DNA of 64,000 bases from Mobula hypostoma. Lineage: Eukaryota. Within the stretch, counting starts at the first letter, position 1. Every line of letters begins with the position of its first letter. The stretch lies in the NCBI RefSeq assembly GCF_963921235.1, contig NC_086108.1, forward strand, positions 98,272,001 to 98,336,000, given 5' to 3'. Made by a program: the position numbers and the translations under genes. Positions 12,861-24,550 of the stretch are shown in pieces. The notes beneath the pieces are model-generated. The model searched no databases. It saw only the letters and a list, made by a program, of their open reading frames with translations, and had not been told where the DNA came from.

Positions 12861-13504
12861 TTCTTTGCTCCTATCTATCTGGCGTTTAACATTAACTATA
12901 GAAGCAGCATCAATTGCCCCATGTCTTTCCAGGATAACTCCTGGATCCCTCTGACTCCAAGCTCAAAACCATGTCTCTTCAAGATAGCATTGAGCCGCAT
13001 TGTACCTCAGACTTAGTTGCTTTTTAAAATTTGTAGGGATGGATTTGGGGTCAGAGAAGGGAGTTAGGGGTCAGGTTAGGATTTAGAGACAGTGAATTCT
13101 GGAGTTCGAGGTCAGATTAAGCTTCAGTGACAGGGATGTGGATGAGTTAGAGGTTAGGCCTCCACTTTGCGTTTGAAGGCCAGTGACACGGGAGGGGAAA
13201 CAAAGGATGTCTGGAGTCAAGGCCTCCACTCTGTACTCGAAAGGCCAGTGATGTGGACATGGAATGAATATATCCAGGATCAGACCTCAGTTTTGCACTA
13301 GAAGGCTAGCGGTGTGGACAAAGGGATGAAGAAAGACTGTGGTTGTCAGGCAGTCCCAGGCTGGTGCACGTCCATGTGAGCAGGAGGCAGAAGGATTGGT
13401 CAGTGGGTGCATCAGTGTTTAAGCTGCAGGGTCCCATCGTCGGTTAGTCTGGGCTTCAGTACCGAAGGTCAAAGCCAGGAGATCGATCCAAAGTCTAGAA
13501 GTAG

Positions 13505-14072
13505 TATCAGAATCAAGTTTATTATCACTGGCATGTGACGTGAAATTTGTTAACTTAGCAGCAGCAGTTTAATGCAATACATAATCTAGCAGAGAGAAAA
13601 TAATAACAATAAATAAAATAAAACATAATAATAAATAAACAAGTAAATCAATTACATATATTGAATAGATCAAAAAAATGTGCAAAAACAGAAATAATGT
13701 AAAAGTGAGGTGGTGTCCAAAGCTTCAATATCCATTTAGGAATCGGATGGCAGAGGGGAAGAAGCTGTTCCTGAATCGCTGTGTTTGTGCCTTCAGGCTT
13801 CTGTACCTCCTACCTAATGGTAACAGTGAGAAAAGGGCATGTCCTGGTGCTGGAGGTCATTAAAAATGGACGCTGCCTTTCTAAGACAACGCTCCCTAAA
13901 GATGTCCTGGGTACTTTGTCGGCTAGTGCCCAAGATGGAGCTGACTAGATTTACAACCTTCTGCAGCTTCTTTTGGTCCTGTGCAGTAGCCCCTCCATAC
14001 CAGACAGTGATGCAGCCTGTCAGAATGCTCTCCACAGTACAACAACAGAAGTTCATGAGTGTATTTGTTGAC
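13505..14072 (-). mobile_element. Rex1/Babar-like LINE 3' fragment
   Basis: CTVESILTGCITVWYG...CLRKAASI; (CTGATT)-type tail. Confidence 0.8.
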
Positions 14073-14726
14073 TGATGACTGAAGCTTGGAGGGTCAGAGG
14101 TGTGTCATGGTGTTGGAGGACTGGCCCTGTGTGGACGTGGAAGGGAGGGTTGGAAGGAGGAAAGGGGCTTGTTTTGTTTTTGTTGTTTAGTTGATCATTG
14201 TGTTCTGTCAAACATGGTGGGCACGATATGATGGCAGTGGAGTGTGTGGTGACACTTGTGGCTGCCCCCAGTGCATCCTTGGGTGTGTTGGTTGTTAACT
14301 CAAATTACTCATTTCATAAATCTCAATCTCAATCTCAATCTCTAACTACAGAAACAGCATCAAATGCTTTATATGAAAGAATCTTCAAAATTCCTCCTAC
14401 TCTCTGCAGGTAGACTTGACTCAAAAGTAGCTGTCCCTGAACCTCCTGGTGTGGACATTTATAACAGTACACTCGAAGTTCTGGAGAACAAGTTTTTCTT
14501 CTGGAGAACAAGTTTTTGATTGGAACAATCAAATGGAGTTGCTGATAATTGATTTCCTAGACATTTTTTCCCTGTTATTGACATACGTAAGGCATAGAGT
14601 TAAACAACATGGAAACAGGCTCTTTGACCCATTTCATTCATTCCAGCCAAGGTGTGTACCTAAGCTGGTACCATTACCCGTGTCCGCCACATGTCCCTCT
14701 AAACCTAAAACTTCACATCTAAAACT

Positions 14727-15325
14727 TTGACAAACTTCTATAGATGTGTAGTGGAGAGCATGTTGACTGGCTGCATCAGAGGCTGGTATGGAAACACCAA
14801 TGCCCTTGTATGGAAAATCCTACAAAAAGTATTGGATACAACCCAGTCCATCATGCACATCTACACGGAGTGTTGTTGCAGGAAAGCAGCATCCATCATC
14901 AGGGACCCCCACCACTCAGGTCTCTTCTCAATGCTGCCATCAGGAAGATGGTACAGGAGCCTCAGGATTCACATCACAAGATTCAGGAATAGTTGCTACC
15001 CCTCAACCATCAAGGAATAAATTCACTCAACTTCACTTTCCCCATGATTAAAATGTCCCCACAAACAATGGACTCACTTTCAAGCACTCTTCATTTCATG
15101 ATCTCAATATTTACTGCTTATTTATTTATTATTCTTATTTCTTCCTTTTCGTACTTGTAGTTTGTTGTCTTTTGCACACTGTTTGAACACCCAAGTTGGT
15201 GCGGTCTTTGATTGATTCTGTTATGGTTATTATTCTATGGATTTATTGAGTATGCCTGCAAGAAAATGAATCTCAGTGTTGTATATGGTGACATATATGT
15301 AATTTGATGATAAATTTACTTTGGA
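14727..15325 (+). mobile_element. Rex1/Babar-like LINE 3' fragment
   Basis: TNFYRCVVESMLTGCI...LPSGRWYRSLR. Confidence 0.8.
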
Positions 15326-16413
15326 CCTTTCCTATCATTACCTAAGTGTAGTAATTATATCCGCCACTGCCACTTTCTGTGGCAGATCATTCCATATATC
15401 TATCTGCCGCTCTTAGAAAGAGTTGTCCCTGAGCTTCCTTTCAAATCTCTACTGTGACCAGAATACACATAAAATTAAGATGTTTGCTGGCCTGGGTTAG
15501 CATCAGTGGCATCAGCAGTTGGTCTGCCACCTGCCCTCAGGGGAAGGAGAGATAAGGAACAATGGAGCAGCGTCTGGAGATGTGTAATGAAGGGACGGGG
15601 GAGAGAGAGCTGTCTGGAGCGGTCCCCCCCTTTGAACCCTGAACTGTTTGAAGTGATGGACAGGCGATACCCCAGCAGGGGGATAAAAAGGGACAGGTTC
15701 GCTAAGGCAGGACACACACGACACCCGAGGTAACGAGACCCTGGAAGCGGTACGCCTCTCACGAGTCGGTGAGAAGTATCAGACAACGCCCGGGGTGGAA
15801 AGGTACGATCAGCGGGAACCCGGTGTGTGTCCGCCCTTGCCTGGGTGCCGGGTTCACTGCAGAGGATCGACCGCATCTGGAGGAGGGGTCACAGTTGGTG
15901 ACCTCAGGTGACATCACCAAGGACCCGCCCAAAATCTGCTTGTGAGCCATATCGCCGGTCTGTGAGTGAAGCTGTTCTGAATGATCAGTTGTTCCTGTTC
16001 TATCTCTCTCTTCCCCCACGTTGTCCATTGCCATGGCAACGATTACTGCCAACTGAGCTACTAAACTGGATTGAACTTTGAGTCACTTTGAAATTTGGTC
16101 ATTTACCCCTAGGCAACGATAGAGCTTGATTGATGCTGTTATCTTAATTCTGTGCACATGTGTGTTTATCACCGCTGAACTGTTGCATTTATTATCCTTT
16201 CGATTACTGTGTTGCTTGTTTCTTTAATAAAACTTTCTTAGTTCTAGTACTCCAGACTCCAACTGAGTGATCCATTTCTGCTGGTTTGGCAACCCAGTTA
16301 CGGGGTACGTAACATAAGTGGGGTTCTCGTCCGCGATTTTGAACGCTAAATTTGGGACGGAGTAAATTGATTGGGTTAAAATTCCCGAAAGAAAGAAAAG
16401 ACAAACAGCAGAA

Positions 16414-18843
16414 ATGGAGGCTGAGGAATTTATAAAGGCGCCGACCTTGGAGGCATTAGAGGATGCCAGGAAATCGGAATTGATAGCTGTGGCCAAACGG
16501 TTGAATCTTGCTAAGGTGAAGTCGACAATGAGGAGAGAGGAGATACACAGAGCTATTGTAGAGCACTATGTATCCAAAGGTGTGTTTCCCCAAGGTGAGC
16601 TGGGGGTGGTGTCTATTGAAAAACCTGCTGGAGACGCGGTACAGGTACAGCTTGAAAAACTGAGACTCGAGCACGAGTTCCGGGTACGGCAGTTAGAACA
16701 CGAAGAGAAGCAGTTAGAAAGACAGGAGAGAGAGTTAGAAAGGCGGGAGAGAGAGAAAGAGGTAGAAAGGCAAGAGAGAGAGAGACAGTTGGAGAGAGAA
16801 GAGAAAGAGAGGCAATGGGAGCGAGAAGAGAGAGGGAAACAGAGGGAAAGGGAATTTGAGCTGGAGAAGTTAAAGATAAGGGCCGAGCAGGGGCTCGTGC
16901 CGAACCAAGGTGGAGGGTTCCGGGCGACCCAGGAGGTTAGGCTGGTTCCCCCATTTGACGATACCGACGTGGATCGGTACTTCCTCCACTTCGAAAAAGT
17001 GGCTATAAGTCAGGACTGGCCGAGGGATAAGTGGGTTGTTTTACTTCAGAGTGTACTGAAAGGGAAAGCCCAAGAAGCTTACTCAGCTTTGTCTGCGGAA
17101 GATGCCCAGAGGTATGAGGTGGTGAAAGAGGCCATCCTCAGGATTTATGAGTTGGTTCTGGAGGCATACCGGCTGAGGTTCCGGAATGCGAGGAAACAGT
17201 GGGACCACACGTATTTGGAGTTTGCCCGTGAGATGCAGACATATTGTGAGCGTTGGTGCGCCTCGAAGGGGGTAGAGGGGGATTATGACAGACTGCTACA
17301 ACTGATCCTGATTGAGCAGTTTAAAGGTTGTGTCCCTGAGGGTATGAGACCCTACCTCGATGAGAAAGAGGCAGCCACGTTAGCCGCAACTGCTAAGTTA
17401 GCGGATGAGTATGCGTTGACGCATAAAATGAAGTTTGCCCCGAGTAAAGGCTACCAGAAGGGTAGTCAGGACGGTGGGGAGAGTCCGCCGGAAAAGTCAG
17501 AAAGTAAGCCGGGGACTAGTGAAAAGGATAAGGTAGACCGGGAACAGTCTGGTAGGAAGTCTCCTGGGGTCGTCTGTTATAATTGTGGGAAAGTCGGACA
17601 CTTTGCGTCCAGGTGCTTTGCCCCAAGGAAGGAGACGGGAAAAGGAAAAACGGCAATGTTGAATGGCTGTATCGAGCTGTTAAGCGAACCGCCAGGGAAG
17701 GACAGGTCTGAAAAAGTCCAGGAAGGGCGCGAGAGGTTTATCTCGGCCGGATTGGTGTCAGTGAAGGAAAGGTTAAAACCAGTTCCAGTGCAGATCTGGA
17801 GAGACACGGGAGCGTGTCAGTCACTAATACTGAAGAGTGTATTAGAGTTTAGCTCAGAGACCCAGACTGGGGAGGTAGAGGTCAAAGGTGTTGGGGAAGG
17901 GACAGAGTCAGTCCCTTTGCACCAGATACACATACAAAGCAACCTGGTCTCTGGACTAGTCACGATCGGGGTGAGGTCCGAATTACCGATGAAAGACGTG
18001 GAAGTCTTGCTCGGTAATGACATCGCCGGAGGAATCATGTTCCCAGTCGTGAGATTGACAGGTCAGCCTGCCAGCATTGAGGCCCCGCCCATGGACTCAC
18101 AGGTTCATCACGGGCCCGCGATAGTGAATTTAGCTGAAACATTTCTGCCAACCTTGTATGAGACGGGGTGTAGTGAGACAAGAGATAGTGAGGGAGCTGG
18201 GACGGACGTAGCAGTAGCCAGGAAAGAATTTGTGCAGACGCAGGAGCGAGACGAGGGGCTGATGGTTTTGGCAGAGACCGCTCTCTCTGACACGGCCTTG
18301 ACAAGGGAACTAGTAGGCTATTGTGCGGAGGAGGAAGTGCTAAAAGGGAAATCAAGTACAGTATCCGCAGATGAGGAGTGGGGGGTGGTGCAAAAGAGTT
18401 ATGGGGATGAGGTTTTTAACATGGCCCACGAGGTACCCCCCGGTGGACATTTTGGGGTGCTGGAGGAAACAGTTGGTGGAATCATGAAAGAGATTTACCG
18501 GCTGCCCAGGGGGAAGAATGTTATTGATCATGACCGACGCGAACTGAGACGGTCACCGGCTTTTGATATGCTAACAAACCTAGTCGGTGTTAGCGTGGAA
18601 ATCAATGAAGCTAGGGGCCCCCTGATAAGAGGAAAAAACCATTTTAAAAAGATTAGGATGGGATCGGTCAGATGGGAGAAGGCTATTGTTTTGGCCAGGT
18701 CTACTGATAAGGTCTCTCCCTTAATCCCCGAACAAAGCGAATCTTTAGAAGAAGTAATTAAACGACTTGCACCCGTATGTTTGATTGTCCCGAGGAAATG
18801 CAAAGAACTGGGACGTTGGGTGATGTCTGTTACAATAGGGTAG
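16414..18843 (+). CDS. Gag-protease polyprotein (809 aa) with vestigial pol tail
   Basis: ATG-initiated open frame; E/R-rich coiled coil; capsid/SCAN-like region; intact CYNCGKVGHFASRC knuckle; protease motif DTGA and LLGND; integrase HH only (AHEVPPGGHFG). Confidence 0.85.
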   Translation: MEAEEFIKAPTLEALEDARKSELIAVAKRLNLAKVKSTMRREEIHRAIVEHYVSKGVFPQGELGVVSIEKPAGDAVQVQLEKLRLEHEFRVRQLEHEEKQLERQERELERREREKEVERQERERQLEREEKERQWEREERGKQREREFELEKLKIRAEQGLVPNQGGGFRATQEVRLVPPFDDTDVDRYFLHFEKVAISQDWPRDKWVVLLQSVLKGKAQEAYSALSAEDAQRYEVVKEAILRIYELVLEAYRLRFRNARKQWDHTYLEFAREMQTYCERWCASKGVEGDYDRLLQLILIEQFKGCVPEGMRPYLDEKEAATLAATAKLADEYALTHKMKFAPSKGYQKGSQDGGESPPEKSESKPGTSEKDKVDREQSGRKSPGVVCYNCGKVGHFASRCFAPRKETGKGKTAMLNGCIELLSEPPGKDRSEKVQEGRERFISAGLVSVKERLKPVPVQIWRDTGACQSLILKSVLEFSSETQTGEVEVKGVGEGTESVPLHQIHIQSNLVSGLVTIGVRSELPMKDVEVLLGNDIAGGIMFPVVRLTGQPASIEAPPMDSQVHHGPAIVNLAETFLPTLYETGCSETRDSEGAGTDVAVARKEFVQTQERDEGLMVLAETALSDTALTRELVGYCAEEEVLKGKSSTVSADEEWGVVQKSYGDEVFNMAHEVPPGGHFGVLEETVGGIMKEIYRLPRGKNVIDHDRRELRRSPAFDMLTNLVGVSVEINEARGPLIRGKNHFKKIRMGSVRWEKAIVLARSTDKVSPLIPEQSESLEEVIKRLAPVCLIVPRKCKELGRWVMSVTIG

Positions 18844-18867
18844 CCTAGTAAAGAACACTCATATATA

Positions 18868-19375
18868 ATGAGTAATTCAGTGACTAAAGGGCTGATGAAC
18901 ACAGGTGTGTATTGGCAATTTAATACGGCTGTCTGAAGCCAGCTTGATAGTGAACCTTGAAAAAAATGAATTCGGCCACACGAGGGTCACTTACCTGGGA
19001 ATTGTGGTGACACAGGGGCAGCTGGCAGTGATGCAAGCTACAGTGCAGGCTATCGCTGACCTCCCAACCCCGACAGATAAGAGGGCTCTCAGAAGGCTCT
19101 TGGAGATGGTGGGGTACTGCAGGAAGTTTTGCAATAACTCTGCGGTCCATACCCGTCCCCCTCCTACTAAGCCCTTGCGAGAGAAAACTGAGTCGGAATG
19201 GGACGACCCTTGTTATTGTAGTCCGGGACAAAGCCAAATGAGAGGTTACATTGATCGCAATTCATCAGTGTTTTTGGCCACTATGAAGTTTGCTGAGTTG
19301 GAGCCTGGTCTAAGGGATTATTAATAACACATGTAAAAGGAACAGAAAATGTGATGACTGTCTGTCAAGGTGTTG
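18868..19375 (+). pseudogene. Deleted RT/RNase H remnant
   Basis: LIVNLEKNEFGHTRVTYLG and ALRRLLEMVGYCRKFC match element 1 RT; the YIDD position reads CIGN. Confidence 0.8.
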
Positions 19376-20431
19376 ACAACTTCAAACTCGCTGTGTTAGC
19401 CAAATAGCTGATAAAGATGTATATTTGTGTATGTATCAAATAATGTATTCATGTTTGTAATTTTTACCGCCCGGTAAAAATCCTTAAAGGAGGGAAGTGT
19501 GACGAGAATACACATAAAATTAAGATGTTTGCTGGCCTGGGTTAGCATCAGTGACATCAGCAAGTGGTCTGCCACCTGCCCTCAGGGGAAGGAGAGATAA
19601 GGAACAATGGAGCAGCGTCTGGAGATGTGTAATGAAGGGACGTGGGAGAGAGAGCTGTCTGGAGCGGCTCTCCCTTTGAACCCTGAACTGTTTGAAGTGA
19701 TGGACAGGCGATACTCCAGCAGGGGGATAAAAAGGGACCGGTTTGCTAAGGCGACACACACGCCACCCGAGGTAACGAGACCCTGGAAGCGGTACGCCTC
19801 TCACGAGTCGGTGAGAAGTATCAGACAATGCCCGGGGTGGAAAGGTACGATCAGCGGGAACCCGGTGTGTGTCCGCCCTTGCCTGGGTGCCGGGTTCACT
19901 GCAGAGGATCGACCGCATCTGGAGGAGGGGTCACAGTTGGTGACCTCAGGTGACATCACCAAGGACCCGCCCAAAAGCTGCTTGTGAGCCATATCGCCGG
20001 TCTGTGAGTGAAGCTGTTCTGAATGATCAGTTGTTCCTGTTCTATCTCTCTCTTCCCCCACGTTGTCCATCGCCATGGCAACGATTACTGCGAACTGAGC
20101 TACTAAACTGGATTGAACTTTGAGTCACTTTGAAATTTGGTCATTTACCCCTAGACAACGATAGAGCTTGATTGATGCTGTTATCTTAATTCTGTGCACG
20201 TGTGTTTATCATCGCTGAACTGTTGCATTTATTATCCTTTCGATTACTGTGTTGCTTGTTTCTTTAATAAAACTTTCTTAGTTCTAGTACTCCAGACTCC
20301 AACTGAGTGATCCATTTCTGCTGGTTTGGCAACCCAGTTACAGGGTACGTAACACTACCTTCTCACTCTAAACCGATGTCTGCTAGTTTTCACTTTAACC
20401 ATGCCTCTCATGATTTTAAAAACCTTCATAA

Positions 20432-20511
20432 CAGGGGTTCCCATCCTTTTTTATGCTGTGGACCCCTACCATTAACTGAGGGGTCCGTGGGCTCCAGGTT
20501 GGGAACCCGTG
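20432..20511. mobile_element. 80-bp hAT-type MITE
   Basis: Same TIRs and length as 12232-12311. Confidence 0.7.
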
Positions 20512-20549
20512 CTCAATAAGGTTAGCTCTTGGCCTCCTAAAGATGAGGG

Positions 20550-20872
20550 ATTAGCTTTATTTATTACATGAACATCGAAACATGCAGTGAAAATGCGTTG
20601 TTCTGCATCAAATCAAATCAGGCAAGGATTGCGCTGGGGGCTGTCCGCAAACGAGGCCACTGTTCCGGCACCAACATAGCATGCCCACAGCTTAGTAACT
20701 CCAACACCGTGCCTTTGGAATGCGGGAGGGATCAATCTGGAGCATCCGAAGGAAATCCAGACATTCTCAGGGAGCACATACAAATGGCTTACTGACAACA
20801 GCAGGAATCCAGCCCAGACTTTACAAAACAACACTGTAAAGCGATTGCACTAACCACTATACTACCCTGCCA
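20550..20872 (-). mobile_element. tRNA-derived V-SINE-like element
   Basis: Reverse match to 47240-47575. Confidence 0.55.
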
Positions 20873-22023
20873 TCCATTCCTACCTTCCAGAGAGAAGTGT
20901 CCAAGCCTCTACAGTCTCTTTGTATAACCCACATCCTCCAGTGGTTAATGAAAAGGGTTTGGGATGTAAGGAGGTGACTCACTCACTTCACCACAGTGGT
21001 GATCTTTTCTTGTACAAGTACTACTTAAGTGGCTGCTTCTGTCTGCTCTCTGGTTTGAGATGATCTCCCTAGGATGTTTGTGGTGGAACAATGGTTAGAA
21101 CTTCTGTTACTGCGTTTTATGTATTGTAAATGTACCTTATGCTAAATGTCAATCTTATGGAATATATTTTATTATTTGCTAATTTATTTATGGCACTATT
21201 ACTTTATGTGTTGTGTGTGAGTTATATGCACAGTGCTGTGTACCTTGATCTGGAGGAATGTTTTTTTCATTTAGCTGTATATAAGTATATGGTTGAATGA
21301 CGATAAACTTGGACCTGAACATATTGGAGATCGTTGTCTAGTACTTGTGCTGTGTGAGTGTTTCTCGCCACTTATCAGTCTTAGTCTGAACATTGTCCAT
21401 GCTCTCTGGGTACAAACAACTCGTTGAGGAGTTGATACTGGAACAGAGTGCCCAGCATACTGTCTGCATCCTTGTTTAAAGCAATGTGCCTTCAGCACAG
21501 TTCAGTGTGGAGGAGAGCCTTGTCAGCATCTGATAGCTGGTAACTAACAGGAAATTTTCAGGCAAGTCTGTCCTGATGTGTTGAGACCTTATGTGTTCCA
21601 GCTTCGTCCTAGTCCTAGACCCTAGATGGGCCAAAGGGCCTGTTTCTGCACTGTACATTTTTCTATGACTTCCTGCCACTGGAACAGGAAACTTCGAGGG
21701 AAGGTCATAGTGAATCCGGGACGTTATCTAAAAGGGACTCTGATCATGAGAATGACAATACCATATCATTACTTAACTTGTACCAGAGTTCTTTCAGTTT
21801 CTGGGGGGGGGGGCGGGGTCTGTTTGTGGAGGGGAAGGTGAGAAAAAGAGAAAGCAAACAATCCTGTAAACATTCTCCTCTTCATTTCTTTTACAGGGGA
21901 GTCCACTGCATGTGCTAATCATTTTGCGTAAATAAACATATCCTCTGATCCCTACTACATTCATCTTTAAATTTGAACTTGATTGTTAATTTTATTTAAT
22001 CATATCGATTACGATTTTGGGTC

Positions 22024-22431
22024 TGTTACTGCCCACACACTGTGGCGCTTTGGGGCACAATGAAGGTCCTCCTTCTCGTTGGCAGTGTTCATCATACCAG
22101 TAGCTTCCTCTCAGTTTTCACTACTGTCAGCCATGCAAGAACTAGGTGGAGACTCAGGAACGGCATCCTACACAGATGCAGAAGGATTCTTCATCGCTGT
22201 TTCCGTAACAGTCTAGTTTTACCAGTCAGGGTTGTTAGCCTTGAGCTGAACCCCTGAACCTGGAGTATCGGTGGACCACTCTTCGTCTGGCCTCTACTCT
22301 TTGGTCTGTTAGGCGTGGATGACCTCACCAAGGGCCAATGCATAAAGCTCTGACTCCAGCCAACATGGCTCTCTGGGTCACTGAGGCATGCAAGCTTCCA
22401 AACCACAACAATGCTGTGGTCCTCTTGGAGG
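22024..22431 (-). mobile_element. Short RTE-derived non-autonomous element (family C)
   Basis: BovB/Expander-like 5' UTR joined to an RTE-type 3' end (RTFI..L); second copy at 32610-32921. Confidence 0.7.
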
Positions 22432-22504
22432 TGTAGTTACTCAACTACATTGAAATTCCCCACTCCAGAGATTTGAATACTAAGACATAGGTGGACAATG
22501 TGTA

Positions 22505-23780
22505 GAACATAGAACATAGAAAACCTGCAGCACAGTACAGGCCCTTTGGCCCACAATGCTGTGCCGAACATGTACTTACTTTAGAAATTACCTTGGGTAA
22601 CCCATAGCCCTCTACTTTTCTAAGCTCCACGTACCTATCCAGGAGCCTCTTAAAAGACCCTATTATATCCACCTCCACCACCGTCGCTGGCAGCCCATTC
22701 CACGCACTCACCACTCTCTGTGTAAAAAACTTACCTCTGTACTTACTCCCAAGCACCTTAAAACTGTACCCTCTCGTGTTAGCCATTTCAGCCCAGGGGA
22801 AAAGCCTCTGACTATCCACATGATCAATGCCTCTCAACATCATCTTATACACCTGATACGGAAAGAACACCATAGTACCAATAGAGTCTCCTTATAAGTA
22901 GTCATAGAGCACTAAAGCACTGAAACAGGCCCTTTGCCAATCCCCTCCATGCTGAACTGTTATTAGGCCCCGTCCCATTGACCTGCACCCAGACCATAGT
23001 GAACAACTTCAGTGGAAATTGCCTACTTACATTAACCCTATATATACACCTCATAATTTTGAACACTTCTTTAAAATCTCTGCTCGTTCTCCTATGCTCC
23101 CGAGAATGAAGTCCTAGCATGTTCAACATTTCCCTATAACTCAGGTCTTCAAGTCCCGACAACATTGCTGTAAATTTTCTCTGTATTCTCTCAATGTTAT
23201 TGAGCTCTTTCCTGCAGGTAGGTGACCTGAACTGCACACAGTAATCTAAATTGGGCCTCGCCTGTGTCTTATACAACTTTAACATAACATCCCAACTCCA
23301 GTACTTCGATTTATGAATGTGTAAAGGTGCCATATGCTCTCTTTATGTTCCTATCTACCGGTGACGGCAATTTCAATGAATCATGGACCTCTATGCCCAA
23401 ATCCATCTGTTCTACTACACTCCTCACTGCCCTACCGCTCACCTTGTAAGACCTACCCTGGTTGGTCCTCCCAAAGTGCAACACCTCGCACTTGTCCGCA
23501 TTAAATTCCATCTTCCATTTTTCAACTCATTTTGCCATCTGGTACAGATCCTGCTGCAAGCTTTGACAGCCATCCTCACCATCCACTACACCGTGGTATC
23601 TTCTGCAAATTTGCTGATCCATTTTATAACATTATCATCCAGATCATCGATATCGACGACAAGCAACAGAAGACCCAGCACTGATCCCTGCAGCACACCA
23701 CTAGCCACAGGCCTCCAGTCAGAGGGGCAACCCTTTACCAACACTGAGAAGCCAAAGTTGAATCCGATTTACTATCTACC
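22505..23780 (-). mobile_element. Two adjacent CR1 3' fragments
   Basis: KFFTQRVVSAWNGLP; MEFNADKCEVLHFG; (TTCTATG)n tail at 22505. Confidence 0.85.
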
Positions 23781-24094
23781 TCATCCTGAATGCATTTACT
23801 ACCTCATCCTGAAATCACATAGTTCTATAAAATGAAGACAGTCCCTGTGACCCAACTTATCCATGTCAGTTTTTCTACCTGAGAATATTCTACTGCCAGC
23901 ATTTGACCCATATTACTATAACCTCTGTAACCCCATACCTATCCAAATGTCATTTAGATATTGCAATTGTACCTGCCCCAACAACTTCCTCTGGAAGCTG
24001 CATGGGTGTACATGGATATTGGTGGTACATGAGCTAAATTAATTATTAAGATGAATTTATTTATTTGGAGATAAGGCATGGTGACGGGCACACC

Positions 24095-24550
24095 ACAAAC
24101 ACAAAAGATTCTGCAGATGCTAGAAATCCACAGTGACACATGCAAAATGGTAGAGGAAATCAGAAGGTCAGGCAGCATCCATGGGAAGGAATAAACTGTC
24201 AACGTTTTGGGCACTGCATTAGAATCCTCCTCCTTCCCTTTATTCCATGGTCCACTCACCTCTCCAATCAAATTCCTTCTTCTTCACCTCTTTACCTCTT
24301 CCACCTATCACCACCCAGCTTTTCAATTTATTGTCCCTCCCCCATCAGCCTACAGCACCTTCTCCCTCACCTGGCTTCACCTATCACCTTTTACCTTGCA
24401 CTCCTTCCCCTCCTTCTATCTTCTTATTCTGCCTTCTTCCCTCTTCCTTTCCAAATTCCGATGAAGGGTCTCAGCTGTAAACGTTGCTTGTTTTTTCCTT
24501 TCCTTAGTTGCTGCCTGACCTGCTGAGTTCCTCCACCATTTTGTATGTAT
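24095..24550. mobile_element. Penelope tail remnants in inverted arrangement
   Basis: Minus-oriented tail ~24095-24210 next to plus-oriented tail ~24215-24550 with degenerate hammerhead near 24457-24490. Confidence 0.6.

Larger units (their letters stand above)
15453..20354 (+). mobile_element. Non-autonomous Gmr1-like LTR element with intact gag-protease ORF
   Basis: Near-identical LTRs 15453-16314 and 19498-20354; TSD CTAC at 15449-15452 and 20355-20358; PBS TGGGGTTCTCGTCCGCGAT at 16319; PPT GGAGGGAAG; internal region only ~3.2 kb. Confidence 0.95.

Noticed and set aside
15475..16052. ORFs inside the LTR repeated at 19520-20076 and 52986-53562
   Set aside because: They recur only because the LTR recurs; frames differ between copies and no domain is recognisable.
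16414..18843. Domesticated host gag gene (Arc/PEG10-like)
   Set aside because: Flanked by near-identical LTRs, PBS, PPT and TSD, with a sibling solo LTR, so it is a recent mobile copy.
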